Of a stretch of 64,000 bases of DNA, positions 54,687 to 63,800 are shown one piece after another. The stretch comes from Candidatus Acetothermia bacterium JdFR-48. Its GTDB lineage: Bacteria; Bipolaricaulota; Bipolaricaulia; Bipolaricaulales; Bipolaricaulaceae. Location of the stretch: contig MTNJ01000053.1 of the NCBI GenBank assembly GCA_002011425.1, positions 11,418-75,417 on the forward strand. Direction: 5' to 3'. Below the pieces are notes generated by a model, which saw nothing but the letters and a program-made list of their open reading frames with translations, did no database searches and was not told the DNA's origin. Position 1 is the stretch's first letter. Each line of letters starts with the position of its first letter. The position numbers and the translations under genes were made by a program.

Positions 54687-55565
54687 ATGCGCCAGGGTAC
54701 TGCGATGAAGGACGTGGCTCAAGCCCTGCGCCTCCTCCGGGCAAAGCTTACGGAGGCCGGAATCGAGGAGGCCCACCGGGAATCGCTCCTCATTCTGGCC
54801 CATGTCTTGGGGATGGAGCCCTCAAGAGTCCGCGTTCATGATGAAGAGCTAGATCCGGGCGAGCAGGAGCTCCTCGCAATGTTGCTTGAGAAGCGCCTCC
54901 AGCGCTTCCCCCTTCCCTACCTCCTCGGTTGGATTGGCTTCATGGATTTCACCCTCTGTGTCAGACCGGGGATTTTCATTCCCCGGCCCGAGACAGAGGG
55001 CCTGGCCGAATTGGTCCTGGACGTGGTGCGGAAACTTCCCCCACAAAGTAAAGTCCTCGACATATGCACGGGGTCCGGTGCCCTGGCCATCGCCGTCGCC
55101 CGGACACGAGAGGACCTGCACGTGGTGGCGGTGGATATCTGCGAGATGAGCCTCCGCTGCGCGTGGGAGAACGCTCACCGCTTAGGGGTGGAAAACCGGG
55201 TGGAATTCCGCCTTTCTGACCTCTTCGTGCGCGTACCCGAATGTTTTTCCCTGATAGTGGCGAACCCCCCTTATGTATCCTCGGATGAGATCGAGGGCCT
55301 TTCTCCCGAGATCTCGCGGTACGAGCCCCGGATGGCCGTGGACGGGGGTCCCGGGGGTGAAGAGGTGCTCCGGGCAATACTCGCTGAAGCCCCAAGGCAC
55401 CTGATCTACCGGGGTTGGATCTTCTGTGAGATAGGTGACGGGCAAGGAGAAAATCTGGTACGATTTGCCAAAGAGGTTGCAAATTGGTTAGAACTACGGG
55501 TGGAGGAGGACTTAGGAGGTAGGGAGAGGTATCTGGTGGGGAGATGCTTGGGACCTACGACATAG
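54687..55565 (+). CDS. prmC: Release-factor glutamine N5-methyltransferase
   Basis: SAM site VLDICTGSGALAIAVA and catalytic IVANPPYV. Confidence 0.85.
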   Translation: MRQGTAMKDVAQALRLLRAKLTEAGIEEAHRESLLILAHVLGMEPSRVRVHDEELDPGEQELLAMLLEKRLQRFPLPYLLGWIGFMDFTLCVRPGIFIPRPETEGLAELVLDVVRKLPPQSKVLDICTGSGALAIAVARTREDLHVVAVDICEMSLRCAWENAHRLGVENRVEFRLSDLFVRVPECFSLIVANPPYVSSDEIEGLSPEISRYEPRMAVDGGPGGEEVLRAILAEAPRHLIYRGWIFCEIGDGQGENLVRFAKEVANWLELRVEEDLGGRERYLVGRCLGPTT

Positions 55566-56224
55566 CCGTTCAGGTTTCGGAGCTCTGTTACGTTACTCCA
55601 GAGGGCGTAGCCGTCTTCGATGGGCTTTCGTTCACACTTCTCCGGGAGGAGATCAAATTCGTGGTTGGGCCTCCCCTCTCGGGAAAGACGCTCCTGTTGA
55701 AGCTCATCATGCGCGAGATCTTCCCCACGCGAGGGCAAATCCTCGTCGCGGGGCGGAATATCCTTCGCCTGAACGTAAAGAAGCTTTACCGCCTCAGGGA
55801 ACGCATCGGTTTCGTCCCCTACCCGCCCGTAATCCTGACCTCCCGTACCGTGGAGGAGAACCTCCGGTTCAAGCTGCGGGCGCTGGGGATCGAGGGCGAG
55901 CGAGCGGAGGAAGGGCTAGAAAAAGCCCTCTCCCTCACGGGCCTCTCCCCACTGAAAGAGCTCATGGCATATGAGCTCGGAGAAGGAGAGCGAAGGGTGT
56001 TGGCCATCGCCGTGGCGATCTGCAATGACCCCGTGGTGCTCCTCTGTGACGACCCTTTCCGCGGCCTTTCTTCTCAAAACCAGGAGCGCGTGGTCGAAAC
56101 TCTGCGTTCCTTGCAGAAGGGCGGGATAGCCTCCCTGGTCACCTCCCAAGACACCTCTCTACCCCAACGGTTTGGGTTCCCGCAAGAAGTGGTCCTTCCT
56201 TTGCGGCCGGAGGTGGTGGCGTGA
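55544..56224 (+). CDS. FtsE-like ABC ATPase with degenerate catalytic motifs
   Basis: Overall FtsE layout and pairing with an FtsX-like gene. Walker A is retained (GPPLSGKT). The Q-loop, signature, Walker B Glu and H-loop positions read IGFVPYPP, LGEGERRV, LLCDDP and TSQD. Confidence 0.7.
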   Translation: MLGTYDIAVQVSELCYVTPEGVAVFDGLSFTLLREEIKFVVGPPLSGKTLLLKLIMREIFPTRGQILVAGRNILRLNVKKLYRLRERIGFVPYPPVILTSRTVEENLRFKLRALGIEGERAEEGLEKALSLTGLSPLKELMAYELGEGERRVLAIAVAICNDPVVLLCDDPFRGLSSQNQERVVETLRSLQKGGIASLVTSQDTSLPQRFGFPQEVVLPLRPEVVA

Positions 56225-57081
56225 TTCGGGGGGTTGGGTTCATCTTCGCCGAGCTCTTCCGCACCTCGCTGAGAAGTTGGACCCGGTGGCTCGGCTTCTC
56301 CCTCGCCCTGGGACTCGTACTCGCGAGTGGGAGCGCCTTGGCTTTGCTCCAAGAGGGGCGGAGCGAAGGCGGTTTTCCCCAGACGTACTGGATCCTCGTG
56401 CTCAAGCTTTCCCCCGATCTCAGGGACGAAAAGATAAATGAGCTCGGTTGGCACTTCTGGACGCTCGAAGGGGTGAAGAGGGTTTCCTACCGCTTCGCCG
56501 GTGACGAGCTCCCGGGCGGAGGGACGGCGGAGGAACGGAGCCTCCTGCTATGGACGGAAGAGGGTTCTAAGGTCGAAGGACTCGTGAAGCAGGTCCAAGC
56601 GATCGGGGAGGGCGCGATTACCGAGGTGGACGTCATCCATCGTGTTATGCCCCCACCGGCGAGCCTGCCTCCCCTCTCCCGCGTGGTGGCCATGGTGGCT
56701 TTGGCTTTATTCGCGTTTATCTCGTTGGTCGTGGGACGGGTAGCTGTGGGGGGCACCTTCGTCACTTGGCAGACCGAGTGGGACTTTCTGAGGTACTCCG
56801 GCGTGGAACCGTGGAAGCTCTGGGGGCCTTTCGTGGGGACAGCGGCCCTTTGGGGCCTCTTCGGGGGCGCTATATACCTCTTGGTCTACGAGGGGATCAA
56901 ATTCGCTGTAAGGAATATCGTGACCGTAACACAGATAGCACCGGGTTACTTATCGGGGGGCCCGCTCCCCTTCGTGGTGGCCTTCGTGGTGGCCCCGCTG
57001 TGGGGTGCCACGGCTGGAGGGATCGCCCTATTCCTCAGCCTCCACAGGAAACCTTATCCTCGGGGCTTGGAGGAGGTTTGA
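56221..57081 (+). CDS. FtsX-like permease
   Basis: TM1, an extracytoplasmic domain of about 100 aa, then three TM segments. EWDFLRYSGVEPWKLWGPFVGTAALWGLFGG resembles the FtsX E..IM.L.GA..WFI..PF..EG box. GTGA overlap with the ftsE-like gene. Confidence 0.65.
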   Translation: MIRGVGFIFAELFRTSLRSWTRWLGFSLALGLVLASGSALALLQEGRSEGGFPQTYWILVLKLSPDLRDEKINELGWHFWTLEGVKRVSYRFAGDELPGGGTAEERSLLLWTEEGSKVEGLVKQVQAIGEGAITEVDVIHRVMPPPASLPPLSRVVAMVALALFAFISLVVGRVAVGGTFVTWQTEWDFLRYSGVEPWKLWGPFVGTAALWGLFGGAIYLLVYEGIKFAVRNIVTVTQIAPGYLSGGPLPFVVAFVVAPLWGATAGGIALFLSLHRKPYPRGLEEV

Positions 57082-58078
57082 CCCTTCCCCCGAAGAAGCT
57101 CATCCCTCGATGCACCAAATAGGAAATGCCTATTCCCACGAAGAGAAGTTCCAAGAACCTGAAGGTGAGGACGAAGGCTACCGCCCGTTCCGAGGGAATT
57201 CCCACAATCCCCAATATGGCCATCCTCCCCCCTTCGGCAATCCCAACCCCGGCTGGTGTGATCCAGAAGAAAGAGGAAATGATCACATTTATGCTGAAAT
57301 AAAGCGAGAGTTGAGGAAAGGTAAGCCAGGTATTCTGTCCCACTCCGAAGAAGATCTGGGGGCGCATATAATTGCAAAAAACCGCTAACGATTGGAAGAT
57401 GAAGGCCAAGAATGCATAAAGAGGGCGGCGACTCAGGACTCTATGGGCAGTTTCCTCCACATCACATATCTTTCGCGCAGCTTTCGCGAAGAACCTCGCC
57501 CGTGGAAAAAGGGACGCGAAGGCGAAGAAGGCACGACTCAAGAGGCGATAATTTCTCACGAACGCCCAGAGGACGAAAAACGAGAGAAGCAATAACCCTC
57601 CGAGGCTCACCAACAACACTTTTTTCGTAAAATATGTAATATTAGGAGAAATTATAACAAAAAAACCGCCTATTGAAGCGAATAAGATGGTGCTCACGGA
57701 AGCGAGAATCCGCTCAACTACCACGGTGGCCGTGATCTCGGTGAGGGGGGTGCTCTTTTCCCCCACCAACATTACCCGTATCGGTTCCCCCCCGAGATAT
57801 GCCGAAGGTGTGAGGTAGCTCACCGCGAAGCCCGAGGCTAGGGACCCGATGAGCCGCGTCCAGCGAGGCCGTATCCCGAGCGCCAACAAGAGGACCTTCC
57901 AGCTGAGGATCCAAAATAGAAGCGCGAAGACCACATCTCCGAAGACGGCCAAAAATCCCCTCCAGCCGAGCCTCCCGATTTCCTCCAGTACGTTGAGTGG
58001 GCCCGCTAAATAGAGGATAAAACCGAAGAGGCTAAATCCCAGGATGCCGAACAGGCAACTCAAAAGGCGCTTGCGCAT
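57035..58078 (-). CDS. Flippase-like / lysyl-PG-synthase TM-domain family membrane protein (UPF0104)
   Basis: 347 aa with about 8 TM segments and a positively charged N-terminus. Family assignment is by overall pattern only. Confidence 0.6.
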   Translation of the reverse strand: MRKRLLSCLFGILGFSLFGFILYLAGPLNVLEEIGRLGWRGFLAVFGDVVFALLFWILSWKVLLLALGIRPRWTRLIGSLASGFAVSYLTPSAYLGGEPIRVMLVGEKSTPLTEITATVVVERILASVSTILFASIGGFFVIISPNITYFTKKVLLVSLGGLLLLSFFVLWAFVRNYRLLSRAFFAFASLFPRARFFAKAARKICDVEETAHRVLSRRPLYAFLAFIFQSLAVFCNYMRPQIFFGVGQNTWLTFPQLSLYFSINVIISSFFWITPAGVGIAEGGRMAILGIVGIPSERAVAFVLTFRFLELLFVGIGISYLVHRGMSFFGGRVKPPPSPEDKVSCGG

Positions 58079-58084
58079 ATCTCC

Positions 58085-59515
58085 TCAAAGATACTGGGTC
58101 GAAGAGCATCTTTCCATTTTGCTCGGGCGCTTTCCCGTGTCCATATGATCGGGACGTTTGATGCCAAACCTCCGAAGGATCGCCGGGGCTATCTCCCAAA
58201 TAAAGGCTCCGTCGGTGAGATCAAAGTCCCCGGTGTGACACAAAACACCATGCAGTCTGTGGTGAGCCGGAAGGCTGGGGGGCGAGAACGGTTCGTGGTG
58301 GAGGAAGAGAAAATGGCTCGACACCAAGACCTCTTCGCGGCTTACGAGAAAGAGTTTTGGCGCACTTCCCAACTTCTCCCCCCAGTAGATCTCATCCACG
58401 GCGAAGACCCTCCTTACCAGGAGTTCTCCATCCGGAGTACGCGTTTCGAGAAGGGCGTTAACCAATTCCGCTTCCCTGCACTTATCACGCAGGTGGATCG
58501 CTCCCATCCCCCCCAGGGAATAAGCGGCGGACCGGGCCCAATCCACGTCGTTCAAGGAGGGGAAGAGCGTTCGCCCGAGGAGAGCTCCACGCCAGAAGGA
58601 AGCGAGGTCGCGGGTCAATGGGAACTTGTCCAACGTGCGGGCGATCCCCTCCGCCAGCCGCTGGATCCTGACCGGTGTGAACCCCGAGGTGAAGAGTCCT
58701 CCTTTGATCCACTGGCGCGGGCCCCGCTTGAAAGAGATGAACCCACGGCGGTAGAGCCACGTGTTGAGATGAAACTCAAATTGTAGTGGACCCATACCGT
58801 GGTCCGAAAGGAGAAGGACCTCTCGGGGAGAGAGCTGACCGACCAACTCTCCTAACGCACGATCGGCTTCGACGAAGACCTCTTCCACCGCGCTCTCTCC
58901 CCAACGCGAATGCTGCACCGTGTCCGTTACCTGATAGTGGACCCCCAGCACTCGGGGACGATAAGCCATAGCGAGGACCTGCGCGGCCCGGGTCCTCTGG
59001 CGAATGCATTCTTTCAGCTCCTCGATCCAACCGGCTCCTGCACGGGGTGGCGGTGGATTGAATTGGTACTTGCCCACCTTTTCACGCAGGAGCCGCAGCG
59101 CATCGGGGGGATGGGAGGGAGAACGACTTGGAGCTAGGAATCCGGGGATCCAGAACCCATACTTCAGCGGTCGGGGCGGGAATCCCATCGGAAAACCCAA
59201 GAAGCCCACGGGGACCTTTTCGGCGAGGAGTTCCCAGAAGGTGGAGTAAGGAAAGTCTTGAGCGCTTACGAGGCGGGGTTTTTCCCGGGGTCGATAGTGG
59301 AGGAAGTCGAATATCCCGTGTTTCCCGGGGTTGACCCCCAGATGGAAGCTCGCCCACGCCGTGGGCGTTATGGGGGGGATCGTGCTCATCAAGGGAAGCA
59401 CTTCTCTATCACCCAAGAGTTCGCGCAGGTTGGGAAGAATTCCCTTATCGAGCCAGCGGCGGACGGGCTCGTACGGTGCCCCGTCCCACGCGACGACCAA
59501 TAAATCCAGTTTCAT
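58085..59515 (-). CDS. Alkaline-phosphatase-superfamily protein (type I phosphodiesterase/nucleotide pyrophosphatase-like)
   Basis: LLVVAWDGAPYEPV...MSTIPPITPTAWASFHLGVNPGKHGIFDF (metal/nucleophile Thr region) and LLLSDHGMGP. No signal peptide. Confidence 0.7.
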   Translation of the reverse strand: MKLDLLVVAWDGAPYEPVRRWLDKGILPNLRELLGDREVLPLMSTIPPITPTAWASFHLGVNPGKHGIFDFLHYRPREKPRLVSAQDFPYSTFWELLAEKVPVGFLGFPMGFPPRPLKYGFWIPGFLAPSRSPSHPPDALRLLREKVGKYQFNPPPPRAGAGWIEELKECIRQRTRAAQVLAMAYRPRVLGVHYQVTDTVQHSRWGESAVEEVFVEADRALGELVGQLSPREVLLLSDHGMGPLQFEFHLNTWLYRRGFISFKRGPRQWIKGGLFTSGFTPVRIQRLAEGIARTLDKFPLTRDLASFWRGALLGRTLFPSLNDVDWARSAAYSLGGMGAIHLRDKCREAELVNALLETRTPDGELLVRRVFAVDEIYWGEKLGSAPKLFLVSREEVLVSSHFLFLHHEPFSPPSLPAHHRLHGVLCHTGDFDLTDGAFIWEIAPAILRRFGIKRPDHMDTGKRPSKMERCSSTQYL

Positions 59516-59593
59516 TGTGGTTCAATTTCTATCAGGCTAATGGCAAAAGTACAACCTAAAGGTGTAAAAGTTTCCTCGGGACATGCGCTTACC

Positions 59594-60292
59594 TCATATC
59601 TTGCCGGTGAGCATCCAAAAAATGTAGGTGAGGAGCCGGATATTTCCCCGGACGAGATAATCGCCCATCCCTTGAGGGAAGCGCCGTGGGGAGTTTATCA
59701 CCCACAGGTCTCGGATGAGGAGGACCTTGCCCAATCGCCTGAGCTTGAGCCCGAGCAGTATGTCCTCATAGTCAGGATATCCTTGGGGAAACGAGCCGTC
59801 GGGGAATTTGAACCCATCCACCTCGAGGAACGCCTTTTTCCGCACGGCGAAGTTCGGGCCCGGGAGTGCGGTGAACCCGAGCCGGAAGAGGAGAGGCCTT
59901 ACCACATTGCTGAGCCAGTTCCCGCTCAGGCGGTCCCAATGTCCTCCGTAGCGGAAGGGACCGCAGGCCGCGACGACCTTCGGATCGGAGAATGGGGCGA
60001 CCAAACGCTCGAGCCAATCGGGGGGTGCCCTGACGTCGGCGTCGGTGGAGACGATGATCTCCCCGGCAGCTTCTTCAAACCCCGTCTGCCTCGCGCGGGC
60101 AATCCCTCGCTCCCGCGACACGATGACCCGCGCCCCAGAGGACCGGGCTACCTCCACCGTGCCATCGGCTGAGCCCCCGTCGACCACGACCACCTCGAAG
60201 TCCTTGAAGGTCTGGGCATCGAGTATCTCCAAACACCTCTTCAGATTCTTCTCTTCGTTCAGCGTTGGAATGACGACGGTCACCTGGGGCAT
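59594..60292 (-). CDS. Family 2 glycosyltransferase
   Basis: VTVVIPTLNEEKNLKRCLE, VVVDGGSADGT, STDADV (DxD). Confidence 0.85.
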   Translation of the reverse strand: MPQVTVVIPTLNEEKNLKRCLEILDAQTFKDFEVVVVDGGSADGTVEVARSSGARVIVSRERGIARARQTGFEEAAGEIIVSTDADVRAPPDWLERLVAPFSDPKVVAACGPFRYGGHWDRLSGNWLSNVVRPLLFRLGFTALPGPNFAVRKKAFLEVDGFKFPDGSFPQGYPDYEDILLGLKLRRLGKVLLIRDLWVINSPRRFPQGMGDYLVRGNIRLLTYIFWMLTGKI

Positions 60293-61320
60293 CTTTCCCT
60301 TCCCCCCGAGGCCACTAAGCGATACAACTCGAGTAGTCGCTCCCCCACCCGCTTCAACTCGTGTTCCAGGGCGAATGTCCTGGCGTTACGGGAGAGTCGT
60401 TCCCGCAGGGACGGTGCTTCCGCCACGACGCGGATCGCGTCGCGGAATTCCTCCACTGAGTTGGCCTTGAGGCAGTGGAGCCCATGCTCGAGATAGGAGA
60501 ATGCGGGTACGTCACGTACCACGATAGGCTTACCCAAGGCCGCGGCCTCCAGGAGCGCCAGCGGTTGGTTCTCGCCGTAGGTGGGGAAGAAGAAGAGGTC
60601 GCAGGCGTCGTACGCACCCGCGGGATCCTCCACGAACCCCGCGAACCGCACGTTCCTCGGGGCCTTCCTAATCACCCATTCCATGCGGGGGTAGAAGGCC
60701 AAGGGTCCCCACCTCTGTCCGAACCAAATGAACTGGAACTTTGGGAGACGCTCAGCCACGGCAATGAAATCCAGAACCCCCTTTCGGGGGAGGACATTTC
60801 CGGCCGAGTAAACGGTGAACCCCCGGAGGCCCAGCATCTCTCGCCACCGCTTCCTGCGTTCCTCATCGGGACGGAAGCGGGAGAGGTCCGCCCCGTTGCT
60901 CACCACGTGGACGGGACCCAACCCTCGCTTTGCGAGCATCGCGGCCGCGAACTCCGAAGGGACGAAAAGCGCGTCCGCTCGGGAATAAACTCGGTCGAGG
61001 AGCCTCTCGTAGAAGGGGGCGAGGAGGCAGGTGCCCGTGAAACCGCCTGCGAAATCGTAGCGGCCGATGGAGTGGGCGTGCATTATCACGGGAATCCCGC
61101 GCCTTTTGGCCCACCGCAAGGAACGGAGGGATCTCGGCCCGAACCAGTGCAGGTGGAGGACATCGTACTCGCCACGCGGATCAGTAGTAACCTCGACCCC
61201 CATCTCCTTCAGAGCCCGTAGGTGATTTACGAAGGCCCGATAGATCCCGGAACGGGCGAGGAGACGTGCGGCTTCAAGATATAGACAAACCTTCATCCTG
61301 CCAAGGATACCGTTCCTCAT
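60280..61320 (-). CDS. Family 4 (GT-B) glycosyltransferase
   Basis: C-terminal FFFPTYGENQPLALLEAAALGKPIVV (E-x7-E region). The start may be the internal ATG at 61296. Confidence 0.85.
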   Translation of the reverse strand: MRNGILGRMKVCLYLEAARLLARSGIYRAFVNHLRALKEMGVEVTTDPRGEYDVLHLHWFGPRSLRSLRWAKRRGIPVIMHAHSIGRYDFAGGFTGTCLLAPFYERLLDRVYSRADALFVPSEFAAAMLAKRGLGPVHVVSNGADLSRFRPDEERRKRWREMLGLRGFTVYSAGNVLPRKGVLDFIAVAERLPKFQFIWFGQRWGPLAFYPRMEWVIRKAPRNVRFAGFVEDPAGAYDACDLFFFPTYGENQPLALLEAAALGKPIVVRDVPAFSYLEHGLHCLKANSVEEFRDAIRVVAEAPSLRERLSRNARTFALEHELKRVGERLLELYRLVASGGRERCPR

Positions 61321-61344
61321 GGGATTTCAACAAAACGGCTTTTC

Positions 61345-61875
61345 TCAGCGCAAGAGGAGGGAGACCAAGTAGAGGAGGAGAAAGAAACCCAAGATAAGTG
61401 CCACAATGATCAATGTGGTGTAAAGTCCCATGCGAACGAGGGTCTGTTTCTCCCCGGCCGAAAGGTTGACCTTTCGAGGGTGGAGAAGTTCCAATTTTCG
61501 GGCCTTCTTAAGCATCTTCACCGAAGGCCCGATCTTCCCCTGTTTTCGATAGACGACGCCGAGGTTATGGTGAGCGAGGGCGTGGCGGGGATCCTCTTCT
61601 ATTGCCCGCTTGTAGGCATACTCTGCCCGGGCGAGGTCACCCGCATCGAAATAAATGTTTCCCAAACGGAAGTAGATCGTCGGTTTCTCGATCCCGTACT
61701 TCAGAGCCTCGACGAGAAGGTCGATCCCCTCCTTGTACCGCTTCGCCCGGCGGAGTTCCTCGGCCCGTGCGAGCGCGGCCCGGCAGATCCGCCCCCGTTC
61801 TTCCAGGGTCAGTGCTTCCGGTTCCGGGAGCGGAGGTACGAGAGCCTCTCCTTCACTGCCTTTATATCCAGCCAT
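61345..61875 (-). CDS. TPR-repeat protein with a C-terminal TM anchor
   Basis: TPR units (YFRLGNIYFDAGDLARAEYAYKRAIEEDPRHALAHHNLGVVYRKQGK) and the C-terminal helix LYTTLIIVALILGFFLLLYLVSLLL. The ATG at 61875 overlaps the udg 3' end by 67 nt. ORF-track upstream codons are off-frame udg sequence. Confidence 0.65.
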   Translation of the reverse strand: MAGYKGSEGEALVPPLPEPEALTLEERGRICRAALARAEELRRAKRYKEGIDLLVEALKYGIEKPTIYFRLGNIYFDAGDLARAEYAYKRAIEEDPRHALAHHNLGVVYRKQGKIGPSVKMLKKARKLELLHPRKVNLSAGEKQTLVRMGLYTTLIIVALILGFFLLLYLVSLLLR

Positions 61876-62414
61876 GTGAGATACTTGGGACTCCCTTTTT
61901 TCTTGCTCGGGTTTCGTAGGAGGAAGCTCGGGTGGAACATGGGGAAGACCTCGATCCCTCCCTTCCAGGTATGAAAACGACCCCGGAGCTGGGTGATACC
62001 CTGGGATGTCTCCAGGAGCTTTTGGGTGGGGGTGTTGCCCAGGGTGACGATTAGGAGGGGGTTTACCAGTGCGATCTGCGCGGCGAGCCAATCCCAACAG
62101 GAGTCCATCTCTGCCCGGGTGGGGACACGGTTCCCCGGGGGACGGCATTTGACCACGTTGGTGATGTAGACCTCGTCGCGGCTAATCTCCACGGAGGCGA
62201 GGATCTGGGTGAGAAGCTGTCCGGCCTTCCCCACGAACGGTCGTCCGGTTTGGTCCTCGGTCTCCCCGGGGGCCTCACCGATGAGCATGAGGTCCGCCCG
62301 GGGGTTTCCCTCTCCGAAGACCAGATTGGTGCGGTTACTCCCCAAAGGACAGCGCTGACAGTCATGCGCTTGGGCGGCCAAAAGATCTAAGGTGAGCTCT
62401 ATGGAGGCCTTCAA
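61809..62414 (-). CDS. udg: Uracil-DNA glycosylase, family 4
   Basis: CQRCPL (Fe-S Cys), GEAPGETEDQTGRPFVGKAGQLL, HPSFLLRNP. Confidence 0.85.
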   Translation of the reverse strand: MKASIELTLDLLAAQAHDCQRCPLGSNRTNLVFGEGNPRADLMLIGEAPGETEDQTGRPFVGKAGQLLTQILASVEISRDEVYITNVVKCRPPGNRVPTRAEMDSCWDWLAAQIALVNPLLIVTLGNTPTQKLLETSQGITQLRGRFHTWKGGIEVFPMFHPSFLLRNPSKKKGSPKYLTWLDIKAVKERLSYLRSRNRKH

Positions 62415-62436
62415 TGGGCTTCCTCCTCGAAGCTCG

Positions 62437-62509
62437 AGCGGGCAACGGGAATCGAACCCGCGACCTTCGGCTTGGGACGCCGACGCTCTACCAACTGAGC
62501 TATGCCCGC
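62437..62509 (-). tRNA. tRNA-Gly(CCC)
   Basis: GCGGGCA-TA-GCTC..GAGC-G-TCGGC-GT[CCC]AA-GCCGA-AGGTC-GCGGG-TTCGATT-CCCGT-TGCCCGC-T. CCA is not encoded. G at position 32 is unusual. Confidence 0.85.
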
Positions 62510-62530
62510 TTCCGAAACCTTATTATACCC

Positions 62531-63724
62531 CTAGAAGAGACCTCCGACCATCAGGGGCTCCAAGGCCGGCATGGACTTTCCCTGGAGGAAGGCGAGCGTC
62601 GCCCCGCCGCCCGTGGAGAGGTGATCGAAGTTATCCTCCAGGCCGAACTGGATAACCGCTTCCCCCGTCTCTCCCCCACCGACCACCGTGAACCCCGGCG
62701 CCTCGGCCAGGGCCCTGGCGATGGCCGCGGTGCCACGTGAGAAGGGCTTGTACTCGAACGCACCCATGGGACCCGCCCAGACCACGGTGGCCGCATCCCG
62801 CAGTTTCTTGGAGAAGGCACGCACCGTCTCCGGGCCGATGTCCAACCCCATCATGTCCGGCGGGATCTTCTCGGCGGGGACCACAGTGGTCTCGGCGGAA
62901 TCTGAGAGCTCCTTCGCCACCACCACGTCTCTTGGCAGCAGCAATAGGACGCCATTCTTATAAGCACGTTCAGCGATTTCCTTCACCTTGGGGAGCAGCT
63001 CTTCTTCCAGGACCGATTTTCCAATCTCATAACCTTTGGCCTTGAGGAAGGTGAAGGCTGCCCCACCCCCAATGAGGATCCCGTCCACCTTGGGGAGGAG
63101 TTCCTCCAGGACCCCGAGCTTGTCCTTGGCCTTCTTGCCCCCGATGAGGAGATAGTAGGGACGGTCGGGATCATCGCGGACCTTGAGGAGGACCCTCACC
63201 TCTTCCTGGAGGAGAAATCCGGCGTAGGGTCGCAAAAATTTCGTCACTCCTACCGTCGAGGCGTGGGCCCGGTGGCACACCGCGAAGGCATCGTTCACGT
63301 ATAGGTCGAAGGGAGAAGCCAACTCCCCGGCGAACTCTGGGTCGTTTGCTTCCTCGCCTAAATGGAAGCGCACGTTCTCGAGGAGAATTACCTCACCGGC
63401 CCCCATATTCTCCGCGGCTTCAGCCACCACATCGCCGACACAATCCGGGACCAGAGGCACCTCACAGCCCAGAAGCTCTCCCAGGCGCTCGGCTACGGGG
63501 GCCAGTGAAAGTTCCGGAACAACCTTCCCCTTGGGCCGTCCGAGGTGTGAAACAATGATCACTTTAGCTCCCTGCTTCCGCAGCCAGTTAATGGTGGGGA
63601 GGGTCTTACGGATGCGGAAATCCTCCGCCACCTTTCCATCCCTCAAGGGGACGTTGAAGTCAGCACGAAGTAGGACCCGTTTCGTTTTTACATCGGCCTC
63701 TTTTACATCGTGAAGTCTGATCAT
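62531..63724 (-). CDS. pgk: Phosphoglycerate kinase
   Basis: RVLLRADFNVP, VIIVSHLGRPKG, VWAGPMGAFE, GGGATLAFL. Confidence 0.95.
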   Translation of the reverse strand: MIRLHDVKEADVKTKRVLLRADFNVPLRDGKVAEDFRIRKTLPTINWLRKQGAKVIIVSHLGRPKGKVVPELSLAPVAERLGELLGCEVPLVPDCVGDVVAEAAENMGAGEVILLENVRFHLGEEANDPEFAGELASPFDLYVNDAFAVCHRAHASTVGVTKFLRPYAGFLLQEEVRVLLKVRDDPDRPYYLLIGGKKAKDKLGVLEELLPKVDGILIGGGAAFTFLKAKGYEIGKSVLEEELLPKVKEIAERAYKNGVLLLLPRDVVVAKELSDSAETTVVPAEKIPPDMMGLDIGPETVRAFSKKLRDAATVVWAGPMGAFEYKPFSRGTAAIARALAEAPGFTVVGGGETGEAVIQFGLEDNFDHLSTGGGATLAFLQGKSMPALEPLMVGGLF

Positions 63725-63800
63725 ATGGAGATCACCGGAAGGATTCTAGCCAGTGAATTTTGGAACGCAAAGGTGCAAGCAGGGTTAAAATGTGTGCGGG

